A DNA stretch of 64,000 nt from Dehalobacter sp. DCM (GCF_024972775.1 NZ_CP092282.1:3747525-3811524), one strand, 5' to 3'. Shown: positions 39,945 through 50,422, numbered from the stretch's first letter. Notes: generated from the letters alone by a model not told the origin. Program-made: numbers and translations.

Positions 39945-41087
39945 TCATAGAAACGATAACTTATGGCCGCTTTCCAGCTGCTGGATCTGTTGCTCTCCTT
40001 TTTCAGCCAGCTCCCGGAATTGATTGATCGTATCCCGCATTCGGGGAAGCGCTTCCTGCTTATAGGTACTGATGGAATCCAGAGCGGACAGCGCATCAGC
40101 AAAAGCACTTTTCAGGGTATCGACGGAAATATTGGCTTCCATCGCTTGTTTATGGATCTCCATTCCCTGTTCCTTGAGCATTTTAGACGTACTGCTGATG
40201 ATATTGTTGGTGGTTTCATTCAGAAGCTGAATCTTTTTTAGGACGATCTTCTGGTTGTAAAGGGCGCTCGCAACGGTCACCGAGATACGCAGAGCTGAAA
40301 TCGTCACATTTTTAGCCCGATCCACACCTCGGATAAGCTCCTTATTGTTGCGGATCACAATTTCGATGGCCATGATTCCCTGTTGGTTGACGACGATCAT
40401 CTGCTGCAGGTCCATGAGGCGTTGGCGGAGAGGGAAGAGTACTTCTTCCGTGATGAATTTGATTTTTTCCGGGTCTTCGTTATTGGCTTTTAGGGTATCA
40501 ACGTGTTTCTCAATCGCCTGATCCATCAACGTACCGAGCTCGATTTCTTTGCGCAGTTTTTTTGTCAGATCCCGCAGGGATTGCTGCTCTATTTCGAGAG
40601 TGGTGTTGTCATTTTTCAAGGTCGTTTTCCCTTTTTCCAGGGAAACGACAATATCGGCAATGGCCGAATCGGCTTTCTCGTATTTTTCAAAATAGGCTCG
40701 GATCGGGTTGAAAATCTTACCGAGAAATCCTGTTTTTGCAAAATCAATGATACTCGGATCAAGATCCTTTAACTCCCGGTGAAGCTCCATCAGGCCTTGG
40801 GCGACGACACCACCCTCGTCACCGTCTTTCGCTAAATTCCCCACGGTGATCTGGAGCAGGGAATTTTTCTCGGAAGAGCTTTTCATTGTTGCTGTCCCGA
40901 AAGTGTCCAGAGACTGCAGGATTTGGCGTCTGCTTTCCAAAGATCCGATGTCCAAAGACATGATTTCGGTGACGTTATTATTGGCTAATGCCTGCAGCTG
41001 GGCCACCTCTTCCGGCACCGGCTGGACCTGTTCAATCACTTCCTGTTTAATGACCGCTTCATTGGCAATTTCCATTGAAAAAGACAT
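39945..41087 (-). CDS. TelA/YaaN-like toxic-anion-resistance family protein
   Basis: About 380-aa all-helical coiled-coil protein of the TelA/KlaA type. The ATG at 41087 (MSFSMEI) follows GAAGGAGG. Confidence 0.65.
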   Translation of the reverse strand: MSFSMEIANEAVIKQEVIEQVQPVPEEVAQLQALANNNVTEIMSLDIGSLESRRQILQSLDTFGTATMKSSSEKNSLLQITVGNLAKDGDEGGVVAQGLMELHRELKDLDPSIIDFAKTGFLGKIFNPIRAYFEKYEKADSAIADIVVSLEKGKTTLKNDNTTLEIEQQSLRDLTKKLRKEIELGTLMDQAIEKHVDTLKANNEDPEKIKFITEEVLFPLRQRLMDLQQMIVVNQQGIMAIEIVIRNNKELIRGVDRAKNVTISALRISVTVASALYNQKIVLKKIQLLNETTNNIISSTSKMLKEQGMEIHKQAMEANISVDTLKSAFADALSALDSISTYKQEALPRMRDTINQFRELAEKGEQQIQQLESGHKLSFL

Positions 41088-41162
41088 GATATGTCCTCCT
41101 TCTTCTTCCTTCACTGTCCTGGCAATCTGTTGATCTATTCTTCAACGATCTGGTTAGTTTTT

Positions 41163-42857
41163 TTACATCTGAGCGTTGAAAAGATTGCCGAGCTGATAGA
41201 CGACATCATCCGTATCGGCATTGATGCTCGCCGCCTCATTAATGTTGGAGATACTCTGCAGTGCCGCAATATCGGCATTGTAGCCGATGGTATAGATGGG
41301 TATCTGATACGCTTCAACTGAGCTTCGGATCTCATCCAGGCTATGTCCCCGATTGGTATCACCGTCGCTCAAGACAAAAATCATGGGCTTCAGATTCGGA
41401 TTGGCCGCCGTCTGTTCCTGAATCATTTGAATGGCCACGGCGATAGCGTCAAACGTTGCGGTATTTCCATTGGCCTCCAGACCATTGACGGCTCCCGCAA
41501 AGTAAGAACGCTGCGTCAAATCAAAGGGTTGAATCGGAAGATTGATCGTCACATCACTGGAATAAGAGATCAAGCCCACGAAGTTATCTTTGCTGATGTA
41601 GTTTGCGCCTTGCAACAAGGAGAGTTTCAGTTTGTTCAGGGGTTCACCGGCCATACTCCCTGAAACATCGGCAATGAAGACGGCACAAATATCTTTGGTA
41701 CCATTTTTCTTTTCTTTCCATAATTTCTGGGCTTTGCTGATCACAGTCCCATTAATCGACCCCAACTCCGGTATATACTCATTCAAATGATTAAACCCGT
41801 ACTCTGTGGCCAATCGTTGATACTTTTCCTGTTTGGCATAGTCAATAAACGCCTTCAGGATCTCCGTTTTTTCTGAAGATAAGCCGCCAATAGCATACAC
41901 CGGGCTGTCATGCCGTACCCCGAAAGGCGTGAAAACGTAATCCGTTTGCAGTTCCGGTAAGTTGGCGTAGGACTGGTATTCCAGGATAAATCCATCCAGG
42001 ACGCCGGACTTGGCTGATTCCCGCATCTGGAGCGTGGTATAGGCCACAAAAGGGATATTTGTTTGGAAGGTCTCAAACCCCTGCACCGCTTTCGTGCTGA
42101 GTAAATCGCTGCTGTCGAAGGTATCCAGGGCCGTCATCAGGAAGTTCAACCCGGTCGAACTGGCAAAAGGGTTCGTGTATCCCATGGCCAATTCATTCTT
42201 CGAAACAGCATCCGTAATGGTTTTGATATTAATGGCGCCGTATTTTTTGATCAGTTCATCATTTTTTGATTTGGAGATCAGGATGCCCGCCACATTGCCG
42301 GTCAACTTCTTCTCCACCAGTTGGGTCTGTACACCCTGAGCTGTAATCATTTCTCCCCATAACTCATTGGAGGGAGAATACGCATCCGGCACATACTTCC
42401 CGGACGTGATGTAGTCGGCAGCTACGCCGGAGGCGATGCCCCGGATTCTGACCGACACCGGTTTTCCGTCGATGGTGATACCGGCATTGTTAAAGTCGGT
42501 CGCGACTTTCGTCAGCCAACCATCCGTCCCACTGCCCGCTTTCTCCGTGGAAGAGATAATTTCCACAAAGGCATCCGTCGTATTATCGACCTGTGCCGGA
42601 TATTTGGAGATATCCGGCAAGGTATCTTTCAGTTCGGCCGTCTCCAGGTCAATCTGTCCCTTGACCAAATCGGCCTGATTTACTCTGATGTCTTTAATAA
42701 TGCTTTCCAGGGCCTTTCCTGCTTTTTCGGCGCTTACCTGGGCATCATCCTTACCTAAGTTCTTTGTCAGTGAAATACCAAAGTAGACAACAGCAAAGAC
42801 AAATACTGCGGCTACCAACAGAATCAGAAACTTTTTGGGTGAACCACCTCGTGCCAC
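41163..42857 (-). CDS. membrane-anchored protein with PBP-like solute-binding domain plus C-terminal vWA domain
   Basis: N-terminal TM. vWA MIDAS motif DVSGSM...SDGDTN. The central region resembles type-2 periplasmic binding proteins. GTG start with AAGGGAAGGG SD. Confidence 0.7.
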   Translation of the reverse strand: MARGGSPKKFLILLVAAVFVFAVVYFGISLTKNLGKDDAQVSAEKAGKALESIIKDIRVNQADLVKGQIDLETAELKDTLPDISKYPAQVDNTTDAFVEIISSTEKAGSGTDGWLTKVATDFNNAGITIDGKPVSVRIRGIASGVAADYITSGKYVPDAYSPSNELWGEMITAQGVQTQLVEKKLTGNVAGILISKSKNDELIKKYGAINIKTITDAVSKNELAMGYTNPFASSTGLNFLMTALDTFDSSDLLSTKAVQGFETFQTNIPFVAYTTLQMRESAKSGVLDGFILEYQSYANLPELQTDYVFTPFGVRHDSPVYAIGGLSSEKTEILKAFIDYAKQEKYQRLATEYGFNHLNEYIPELGSINGTVISKAQKLWKEKKNGTKDICAVFIADVSGSMAGEPLNKLKLSLLQGANYISKDNFVGLISYSSDVTINLPIQPFDLTQRSYFAGAVNGLEANGNTATFDAIAVAIQMIQEQTAANPNLKPMIFVLSDGDTNRGHSLDEIRSSVEAYQIPIYTIGYNADIAALQSISNINEAASINADTDDVVYQLGNLFNAQM

Positions 42858-42872
42858 TTCTTATCCCTTCCC

Positions 42873-43604
42873 TTACCGATAAAATTTGACTTGTTTGATC
42901 AGGTTATTGAGTTCCTCCATACCTGGCATATTTTCAATTGCATTGCTTTCCAGGCTGGTTAATTTAGAAATTTCAAGAAGCAATTTATCGAGTTTCAGCA
43001 GGATTTGCTCGTTTTGCTGTGCTGCGTTGCTGACAAACGCCATGTGGTCGTGATACACACTGAGTTTTTCCTCGCGGAATTCTTCAGACAGTGTTCTTCC
43101 TGCTTTTCGCGTAATGAATATGTAATCTTTTTCATCAAAGGCATTGAGTCGATTGATGATGCCTTTGATATTAATATAGAAAATATCTGTCACTTCGGTG
43201 ACCACGGCCTGAAATTTCTGAAAGCTGATTTCTGTCGGACAGAATTTCTGCTGCAGAACATCCGTAATCGTATCCTGTTTTTCTTCGATTCGCTCAATCT
43301 GCCCGAGCAGTAAATCAATCGTTTCAGCAAAGGTTTTCTTTTGGCGATGCAATCGTAAGGCAGCGGCGCATTCACTGGGAGAATCGAGCTCCTTGGTCTG
43401 AACAATTCTTTCTTTTTCTGTGAGCATTTTGTAATTACCATAAAGGAACAATACAGCACATACAAACACAATGGCGCAGCCCAACGCCGTGGAGAATACG
43501 CTGGCGCCCCCGATTTTCAAGCCGATAAGTCCGGGAGAAAATACGACAATCAACGCCGCAGCAATACCGATGTTCAGCCCAAGCAGTTTGGAGATTTTAT
43601 TCAT
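42873..43604 (-). CDS. XpaC-like (5-bromo-4-chloroindolyl-phosphate hydrolysis family) membrane protein
   Basis: Two N-terminal TM helices plus a helical cytoplasmic domain. Its size and its pairing with a TelA-like gene mirror the Bacillus xpaC-yaaN arrangement. Confidence 0.55.
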   Translation of the reverse strand: MNKISKLLGLNIGIAAALIVVFSPGLIGLKIGGASVFSTALGCAIVFVCAVLFLYGNYKMLTEKERIVQTKELDSPSECAAALRLHRQKKTFAETIDLLLGQIERIEEKQDTITDVLQQKFCPTEISFQKFQAVVTEVTDIFYINIKGIINRLNAFDEKDYIFITRKAGRTLSEEFREEKLSVYHDHMAFVSNAAQQNEQILLKLDKLLLEISKLTSLESNAIENMPGMEELNNLIKQVKFYR

Positions 43605-43880
43605 TCCCAATGTCCATCAACGCTCCTAAAAGGATCGGTTATTTACATCTTTCTGCAAAATTGTATATAAACAACCTTAAATCCAGATTAAAGTTCATTA
43701 TTAGAGATAATTCATCATGTAACTTCCCATTAATTCTCCATCAATCTGTGCATTCCTTTAAAGCATTCAGCCAATTTATGTGCTTTAAGTAAAAAATATC
43801 CGTGTTTATTATATGACAAAAAAATAGACCTGCGACAAAAACGAACGCAGGTCTATATTCAGCTTATATCTTAACTTGCC

Positions 43881-45419
43881 TCAGGTGCCGCAAAAAGTTT
43901 GATAGCCACAGGACGAGGGCCCCGGCATCGCGGCATAATCTGCTTGCTTGGTTGTATGGGCGTACGGATCAGCTAAGACAGCCAGAAGTTCCTCCATGAC
44001 GCTCAAATCGCCTTGATTCGCAGCCGTCAGAGCTTCTTCCACCCGGTGGTTGCGCGGAATGACGGCGGGATTGTTTCTCCGCATCAAGTCATGCTGATCG
44101 GACGCTGTTTCCTGCTGGCGTTTGGTTCTAGCCTGCCACTGCGCATGCCATTTGGCAAATTCCGCTGTCTTCAAAAGAGGATCGCCCTCCGGTTGATTAA
44201 ACGTCAATGACCGGAACGTATTGGTATAATCCGCCTTCTGCTCTTCCATAATCCGCAGAAGATCATGGATCAAGGATTCATCCTCCGGCTCGTGATTGAA
44301 TAGTCCTAATTTCCATCGCATACCGTTCAGCCAATTCGTTTGATATAATCCCTCAAATTCATCGATGGCTTCTTGGGCCAGCTGTATCGCGTTATCCTTA
44401 TCCTCCGCCAAGAGAGGCAGCAATGTCTCCGCAAATCGCGCCAGATTCCAGGCAGCAATGGGCGGCTGGTTGCCGTAGGCATAGCGACCCTGCGTGTCAA
44501 TGGAACTAAACACCGTTGCCGGATCATACGTATCCATAAAAGCACAGGGACCGTAATCGATGGTTTCACCGCTTATGGCCATATTATCGGTATTCATCAC
44601 GCCATGAATAAATCCCACCAGCTGCCATTGGGCAATAAGAGCGGCTTGCCGTTTCACAACCTCCTGGAGCAGGTAAAGATAAGGGTTATCCACAGACAGA
44701 GGCTCGGCAAAATGCCGTTGTAAGGTATAATCGGCTAAAACTCGGAGATCTTCCGGCGTACCCCAGCGGGCGGCGTACTGAAACGTACCGACACGGAGGT
44801 GACTGGCTGCAACCCGGGTCAGAACCGCACCGGGCAGCACGGTGTCACGTATAACGGTTTCTCCGGTCGTCACGACAGCGAGGCTGCGTGTCGTCGGTAT
44901 GCCAAGCCCGACCATCGCCTCACTGATGATGTATTCACGCAGCATCGGTCCCAGGGCGGCTCGACCGTCACCCCGACGGGAATGCGGCGTTTTGCCTGAT
45001 CCCTTCAGTTGAATATCAAAACGCTGACCTCGCGGGGTGATCTGTTCGCCAAGCAGCAAGGCCCGCCCGTCCCCCAACAACGTAAAGTACCCGAATTGAT
45101 GGCCGGCATACGCTTGGGCCAACGGCTCCGCACCTTCGGGAATTTGATTTCCGGCGAAAAGCTCAGCACCCTCACTGTTTTGCAGAACCTCCGTATTCAG
45201 TCCCAATGTTTCGGCCAAGGAGGTATTGAAGATCACCATTTCTGGCGCGCGAACCGGTGTCGGATCCGTCCGGCTGAAAAAAAATTCCGGCAAGCGGGCA
45301 TAGGAGTTGTCAAAATGCCATCCCGCGCTGACGGCAGCTCTCGAATTATTCATCAGATGTTTCATGCTTTTATCCAACATGTTCGTTGTATTTTGTTCTG
45401 TATGGAGTTCCATCATCAT
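43881..45419 (-). CDS. selO: protein adenylyltransferase SelO (YdiU/UPF0061)
   Basis: [13 protein letters not shown] near the N-terminus, GHQFG...GDGRA, the kinase-like catalytic core and a C-terminal region all match the SelO family. The exact start among the first 22 codons is uncertain. Confidence 0.85.
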   Translation of the reverse strand: MMMELHTEQNTTNMLDKSMKHLMNNSRAAVSAGWHFDNSYARLPEFFFSRTDPTPVRAPEMVIFNTSLAETLGLNTEVLQNSEGAELFAGNQIPEGAEPLAQAYAGHQFGYFTLLGDGRALLLGEQITPRGQRFDIQLKGSGKTPHSRRGDGRAALGPMLREYIISEAMVGLGIPTTRSLAVVTTGETVIRDTVLPGAVLTRVAASHLRVGTFQYAARWGTPEDLRVLADYTLQRHFAEPLSVDNPYLYLLQEVVKRQAALIAQWQLVGFIHGVMNTDNMAISGETIDYGPCAFMDTYDPATVFSSIDTQGRYAYGNQPPIAAWNLARFAETLLPLLAEDKDNAIQLAQEAIDEFEGLYQTNWLNGMRWKLGLFNHEPEDESLIHDLLRIMEEQKADYTNTFRSLTFNQPEGDPLLKTAEFAKWHAQWQARTKRQQETASDQHDLMRRNNPAVIPRNHRVEEALTAANQGDLSVMEELLAVLADPYAHTTKQADYAAMPGPSSCGYQTFCGT

Positions 45420-45661
45420 TCTCCTCCCCGGTGCCCATTTCAGCAGATTTTTGAGAATTAATTTGAAAGTTGAATTTGAAATCTATTTTTTAGTATACGG
45501 ATTTCGCTGTTTCATAACCTAGAAAGTTTTGAGAACACACACAATATTAAACAGATTTCATATTAAATTTTACACTTTTTTCAAAGATATGGTTAGTATC
45601 CTTAAGCTAAAAGCGTACATTTTCGGTAGCAGGGTATACTACTTATAAATCAGGAGGAACG

Positions 45662-46939
45662 ATGATGGATACACTGACTTATGAAGAAATATTTGGTCGC
45701 CTTGTCCAAGCCGCTTACCGCGGCAATATCGGTACAGAAATCGCAAAAATTAAGTCGACAGATCAAGCCTATATAAACGAATACATTCATTATGCCCTCG
45801 GTCAGGGGGATCTCAATAAAGTTGTTTTTAAAGTGGATTCCTGTGATGGAGAGTGTTCGGAGAATGAGCATAATTGCGAAGCAGCTTGTTTGTTTAATGC
45901 GATCGTGCGGGATATGGAAGGCAACGTCATGATCCAGGACCGTAATTGCACGCACTGCGGACGGTGCATCGAAACCTGTTCACTCCATCGGCTCGTTGAT
46001 AAAAAAGAATTTATCCCGCTGGTCGATCTCCTGAAATCAAAAGAAGTCCCGGTTTTTGCCATTGTTGCTCCTGCTATCATCGGGCAGTTCGGCGAGGATG
46101 TGACCATGGGTCAGCTCCGGATCGCCTTGAAGCATCTGGGATTCTACGGGATGGTGGAGGTCGCTTTGTTTGCGGATATTCTCAGTCTGAAAGAATCTCT
46201 TGAGTTTGATATCCATGTTAAAACCGATAAGGATTTTGTTCTGACGAGCTGCTGTTGTCCTGTTTGGATCAATATGGTAAAGAAAGTTTACAACACCCTT
46301 GTCCCGCATATATCCCCCTCCGTATCACCAATGGTGGCCTGCGGCCGGGGAATCAAACGTTTGCATCCTGAGGCCAAAGTTGTCTTTATCGGCCCCTGTA
46401 TTGCCAAGAAAGCCGAGGCCAAAGAAAAAGACATTCGGGATGCTGTCGATGCCGTCCTCACATTTGAAGAGCTTCATCAAATCTTTGACGCAACGGGAAT
46501 CGTCCCTTCCGCAATGGAAGATGTCCCCAGTGAGCACTCGTCGCTGGGCGGGAGAATCTATGCCCGGACAGGCGGTGTTTCCAAATCGATCGCTGACACA
46601 CTAAACCGTCTGCGTCCGGAAAAGAGCGTTAAAATAAAAGCGATTCAAGCCAACGGTGTCAAAGAATGCAAAGCGCTTCTTAACACGATTCTGGAGAATG
46701 AGATTACTGCCAACTTCTATGAGGGTATGGGCTGTGTCGGCGGCTGTGTCGGCGGACCGAAGGCAGTGCTTAGTACAGAAGAAGGTACGAAGCGGGTGAA
46801 TAACTATGGCAAAGAAGCCCATGCTCCAACCGCCGCAGATAATTTTTATGTCCTCCATTTACTTCAGGAGTTGGGTATCCATAGTGTCGAGGAACTGTTA
46901 AAAGGTGAAGCGGCTGAGATATTTCACCGGAAGTTATAG
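45662..46939 (+). CDS. [FeFe]-hydrogenase-like protein (2x[4Fe-4S] ferredoxin domain + H-cluster domain)
   Basis: H-cluster motifs L1 TSCCCPVW, L2 GPCIAKKAE (Met replaced by Gly) and L3 EGMGCVGGCVGGP. N-terminal CxxCxxCxxxC pairs. SD AGGAGG. Confidence 0.8.
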   Translation: MMDTLTYEEIFGRLVQAAYRGNIGTEIAKIKSTDQAYINEYIHYALGQGDLNKVVFKVDSCDGECSENEHNCEAACLFNAIVRDMEGNVMIQDRNCTHCGRCIETCSLHRLVDKKEFIPLVDLLKSKEVPVFAIVAPAIIGQFGEDVTMGQLRIALKHLGFYGMVEVALFADILSLKESLEFDIHVKTDKDFVLTSCCCPVWINMVKKVYNTLVPHISPSVSPMVACGRGIKRLHPEAKVVFIGPCIAKKAEAKEKDIRDAVDAVLTFEELHQIFDATGIVPSAMEDVPSEHSSLGGRIYARTGGVSKSIADTLNRLRPEKSVKIKAIQANGVKECKALLNTILENEITANFYEGMGCVGGCVGGPKAVLSTEEGTKRVNNYGKEAHAPTAADNFYVLHLLQELGIHSVEELLKGEAAEIFHRKL

Positions 46940-46952
46940 ACATAAAAATATT

Positions 46953-46980
46953 CCAAATTCGCCACCGGTGGCGAATTTGG
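46953..46980 (+). terminator. intrinsic terminator (perfect 12-bp palindrome CCAAATTCGCCACCGGTGGCGAATTTGG, T-run follows)
   Basis: 14 nt downstream of the hydrogenase stop, followed by ATTCCCGTCTTTTT. Confidence 0.55.
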
Positions 46981-47015
46981 ATTCCCGTCTTTTTCCTGGC
47001 GGTAAAATGAATAAA

Positions 47016-47043
47016 AACTGATCAGCACGTTCCTGCGATCAGT
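47016..47043. terminator. bidirectional terminator hairpin flanked by A5 and T6
   Basis: AAAAACTGATCAGCACG...TGCGATCAGTTTTTT. It serves the convergent minus-strand gene that ends at 47067. Confidence 0.5.
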
Positions 47044-47066
47044 TTTTTCACATATAAGGAGAATTA

Positions 47067-47426
47067 TTATCGTTTATTTTTATCCTTTCTTTTTAGATCT
47101 TTGATCAGCCAGTTAAACAGCGAAACGATGAGAGAGGTCAAAAAGGCTGCAAAGAAGCCATGGATTCCAAGACCCGGCATCCATGCCGCAGTCAGCATAA
47201 TCATCCAGGTATTAATGACCAGGATGAATAAGCCAAGAGTTAACACGTTAAGGGGAATCGTCAGCAGCATAACAACCGGTCGGATAAACAGGTTGATCAC
47301 GCCGAGCAGCAAACCGGCTCCCACCAAGGCGACTGCACTATTGACCGTAATTCCCGGTACGATATATGAAGCGACGACGAGTGCCACAATATTGATTAAA
47401 CAGGTCAAGATCCATTTGCGCATCAT
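47067..47426 (-). CDS. DUF360/YvlD-like (phage-holin-4_2 superfamily) membrane protein
   Basis: Four TM helices with a conserved PG...FIRP motif. Confidence 0.7.
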   Translation of the reverse strand: MMRKWILTCLINIVALVVASYIVPGITVNSAVALVGAGLLLGVINLFIRPVVMLLTIPLNVLTLGLFILVINTWMIMLTAAWMPGLGIHGFFAAFLTSLIVSLFNWLIKDLKRKDKNKR

Positions 47427-47439
47427 TTTGCTCTCCTTG

Positions 47440-47790
47440 TTATACCAAATCTACCTGGATATGCGTTGTATTGACTTCAATATCAATCATTCGGTACTGG
47501 CCTTGAACACGCAATTCCCGAAGAATATCATTGACGGTTTGGATGGTTAAGCTTATTGGCAGGCCTGCGGCATAGTGACGCCATTTATTGGAGTCTCGAT
47601 TAAACCCTGCCTTGCTTTGTCCCGTGTTATGCCTCACCGCCAGTCTAATAATCCGCTCCCAAACCCAGGCAATATCCTGTACGGCCTCCAACGTTTCTTC
47701 CAGAACCCAAACCGGGATCGGAAGAAGCCATTTCCTGCTGTTGTTATGCCGAATGCCGATCAGGAGCAGAAACGATTGACGTGTCGGTTT
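47440..47790 (-). CDS. hypothetical basic protein, start uncertain
   Basis: Track ORF 47440..47898 overlaps the upstream gene by 110 nt. Only the distal ~115 codons can be unique and no ATG lies there, so a TTG or GTG start would be needed. Confidence 0.2.
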   Translation of the reverse strand, partial: KPTRQSFLLLIGIRHNNSRKWLLPIPVWVLEETLEAVQDIAWVWERIIRLAVRHNTGQSKAGFNRDSNKWRHYAAGLPISLTIQTVNDILRELRVQGQYRMIDIEVNTTHIQVDLV

Positions 47791-48214
47791 AGTCGACAAA
47801 TACCTCAACTTTAATCCTTCCTTCTTTCGGGTCATCAACATCGATATCGACAAGTTTGCCCCCACTGGATCCTTGCTCCAATTCTTGAATAAGTTCATTC
47901 AGAAGATATTCGAGATCAATTCCTCTTTTGTCGATTTCCCCTTTGGCTTCCGGCGGAATAAAGGCCATGGCCGCGTTGGCCAGTTTGGTTACGGATTTAA
48001 CCAGATTCATTGGGATATTCACGTTGACTTTGGCTGCTTTCTCTCCATTGACCCGGATCCGTAAAAAACGGTTGGCCAAAATAGATAGAGCCGTATTCGT
48101 TTCAGGTACGCTTTCCTCGATCGCTTTTAGAAGTTCCATTCCTTCTGCTGCCGTGATTTTCCCCTCTTGAATCATTTCCAGGACTTTTAACCTTTCACTG
48201 CTTGCATTGCTCAT
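47789..48214 (-). CDS. SHOCT-like domain protein (YvlB/LiaG-like N-terminal region)
   Basis: ERLKVLEMIQEGKITAAEGMELLKAIE is the SHOCT-like motif. The start at MSNASS follows AAGGTGGAAAGGG. Confidence 0.5.
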   Translation of the reverse strand: MSNASSERLKVLEMIQEGKITAAEGMELLKAIEESVPETNTALSILANRFLRIRVNGEKAAKVNVNIPMNLVKSVTKLANAAMAFIPPEAKGEIDKRGIDLEYLLNELIQELEQGSSGGKLVDIDVDDPKEGRIKVEVFVD

Positions 48215-48308
48215 GATATCATTCCCTTTCCACCTTAGCATTTTATGCCTTAATCCTTTTAGCTTATTACTTTAAATTCTTATTCCATCCCTTTTCTATG
48301 TTGGACTT

Positions 48309-48734
48309 TTATTTTCCAACCTTTTTTAGTCGGCTGGCAGCCTCCTGGGAGGTTATTTCTCCGCGATCCAGCGCATCTAAAATCTCTTTGCGGTTTTCTC
48401 GGTCCTCCTGGGAATCTGTACCAACCTCTACTTTATAACCCAAGGCTTGGATCGCACTGTCTAATCGTCCTCTGACCGTGGGATAGGAGATTCCCAGTTC
48501 TTTTTCCACATCTTTGATATTGCCGCGGCATTTCATAAAAACTTCGATAAATTCGAGTTGATCGGGAGGGAGCAGACAGAATTTACACGGAGCAAACTGC
48601 CCTTCCAACGTCGTGTTACAGTGCATACAGTTCAGTTTGCTCACATGAAGGCTCTGTCCGCAGATCGGACACAAACCCGGCGCTTTGTATTTCGTGATAT
48701 TCACCTCCAAAATGGAACCACTGTTATGTTTCAC
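48309..48734 (-). CDS. DUF2089-family zinc-ribbon/HTH protein
   Basis: CPICG...CMHC zinc ribbon followed by an HTH (ISYPTVRGRLDSA). The start codon is ambiguous: GTG at 48734 or an internal GTG. Confidence 0.6.
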   Translation of the reverse strand: MKHNSGSILEVNITKYKAPGLCPICGQSLHVSKLNCMHCNTTLEGQFAPCKFCLLPPDQLEFIEVFMKCRGNIKDVEKELGISYPTVRGRLDSAIQALGYKVEVGTDSQEDRENRKEILDALDRGEITSQEAASRLKKVGK

Positions 48735-49114
48735 AAGTAAAATATAACAGCCGGAATTAATTTTGTCAATATATATATTAATATTATTAAGTTTATTATT
48801 AAATTATTTAATATTCGAAGACACTAGTACAGTTATTCACCGTCTTATCATAATCGTATTCAGGATAAACCCTAACTCTGTGCCGAGTTATTGAAACGGA
48901 TAATCTCCACACAATTATAATTAGAAATCTAAAATATTTGTACTCCAATATATTCTGCTGCTGTCAAATCAGAGTATACTTAGTACAGGATTTCAGAAAA
49001 GCAACTCTATTTCTCGTACCTATTATTCATTAGTTTACCACCAGCAGCTAATATACCTACATAATAAGGAAGTACCATTAAATCAAAAAAAAGATATGGA
49101 TCAGGAGGACATCT

Positions 49115-50110
49115 ATGAACTTAAGGGAAAACGTTATGGCTATTTACAACAGAAAACAGCCGGATTATTACGGGGATCTGATGGCCGCGCTTGAATTCGT
49201 CATAGACCCGGTATTCGAACGAGATGGAATGATCCCGCAGGATGGGAAAGAACACAAAGATTCGTGGGGTACTGTCAAAATGTTTCTGCCCGGCTCTCCG
49301 GGAGCGCATCCGCATCTAACACCGGAAAATATCGTCATTAAGGACATTGAAAAATGGGAAGAACAGCTCGTCGTACCGACAATCGATGATCTTGACTGGT
49401 CTAAAGCAAGGGCTCAGGCGGCTTCGATCAAAAGAGATGAAAAACTGGCAGCTATCTTTTCTCCGGGAGGCCTTTTTGAACGCAGCCATTTTCTGATGGG
49501 TTTCGAGAATGCGTTAATGAGTTATATGGAATATCCGGATGAAATGAAAGCATTGCTCAGAAAAATTGCCGATTACAAAATAGCTTTTATCAGGAAAGTT
49601 GCTGAGGAATGTCACCCTGATATCATCTTCTACCATGATGACTGGGGTTCCAAACAAAATCTGTTATTACCCCCAAGAGTATGGCGGGATATCATCAAAC
49701 CGCTGCAGAAAGAGATTGCAGATACGATCCATGACTGCGGCATGATCTACATGCACCATGCGGACTGCATATGTCAGCCCATTGTCCAAGACATGGTTGA
49801 GATCGGTGTGGATGTCTGGCAAGGCGTTATCGCTCAAAACGATATCGTCGAAATTCAGCGTATTACTCAGGGGAAGATGGCGTTGGTCGGCGGCATCGAC
49901 GGACCGAAGATTGATATCGAGAACATCACGGAAGAAGCCATTCGGGCGGAAGTCAGACGGGCGATTGATACCTACTGTCCGGCCGGACGTTTCTATCCTT
50001 CTATCCCCAACGGCGTATGTTTCAGAGAATGGAACAACCAAATTGTCATGGATGAACTTGCTTCCTACGGCAAAAAGTACGCCCAGGAACATCCCATCGC
50101 CAATTCGTGA
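49115..50110 (+). CDS. uroporphyrinogen-decarboxylase (URO-D) family protein, MtaA/CmuA-like methyltransferase type
   Basis: 331-aa TIM-barrel pattern with the ENVMAIYNRKQPD N-terminus typical of URO-D-like corrinoid methyltransferases. SD GGAGG. Confidence 0.7.
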   Translation: MNLRENVMAIYNRKQPDYYGDLMAALEFVIDPVFERDGMIPQDGKEHKDSWGTVKMFLPGSPGAHPHLTPENIVIKDIEKWEEQLVVPTIDDLDWSKARAQAASIKRDEKLAAIFSPGGLFERSHFLMGFENALMSYMEYPDEMKALLRKIADYKIAFIRKVAEECHPDIIFYHDDWGSKQNLLLPPRVWRDIIKPLQKEIADTIHDCGMIYMHHADCICQPIVQDMVEIGVDVWQGVIAQNDIVEIQRITQGKMALVGGIDGPKIDIENITEEAIRAEVRRAIDTYCPAGRFYPSIPNGVCFREWNNQIVMDELASYGKKYAQEHPIANS

Positions 50111-50199
50111 TTTTTTTCTCAAGAGATTGAAAAAGCCCCAATCAATGCGTGTACACTAATAAAACTATACGATAAAGCCTCCAGTAAAGGCATAATATG

Positions 50200-50239
50200 A
50201 AACAGCCGGGACTCCTTAAAAAAAGAGCTCTGGCTGTTT
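50200..50239 (+). terminator. candidate terminator after the URO-D-family gene
   Basis: AAACAGCC...GGCTGTTT 8-bp stem with a long loop, followed by GTATTT. Weak. Confidence 0.3.
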
Positions 50240-50422
50240 GTATTTCACTCTGGCAAGAAGACTTCCTGCTACGATTACTCAGGAAACGATTCATTTTTTA
50301 CCTTTTAACAGATTGCGATCGAAAATGACAAAAAACTGACCAAACCGTAAGGACTGACTGGAACATCTTGTCCTGTGACTGACATATGATGGTATTGAAA
50401 AAATTGGAAGGCAGGAGAATCA

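Noticed and set aside
42851-42868. GTGGCACGAGGTGG at the vWA gene start as a possible sigma-54 promoter
   Set aside because: The -12 TTGC is missing; the sequence is explained as the GTG start plus the first codons.
47101-47550. 149-aa plus-strand ORF
   Set aside because: Antisense to the convincing DUF360 membrane protein gene; hydrophilic Arg/Pro-rich antisense-type composition.
49667-50122. 151-aa minus-strand ORF inside the URO-D-family gene
   Set aside because: Antisense to a full-length URO-D-like CDS with a good SD; no motif.
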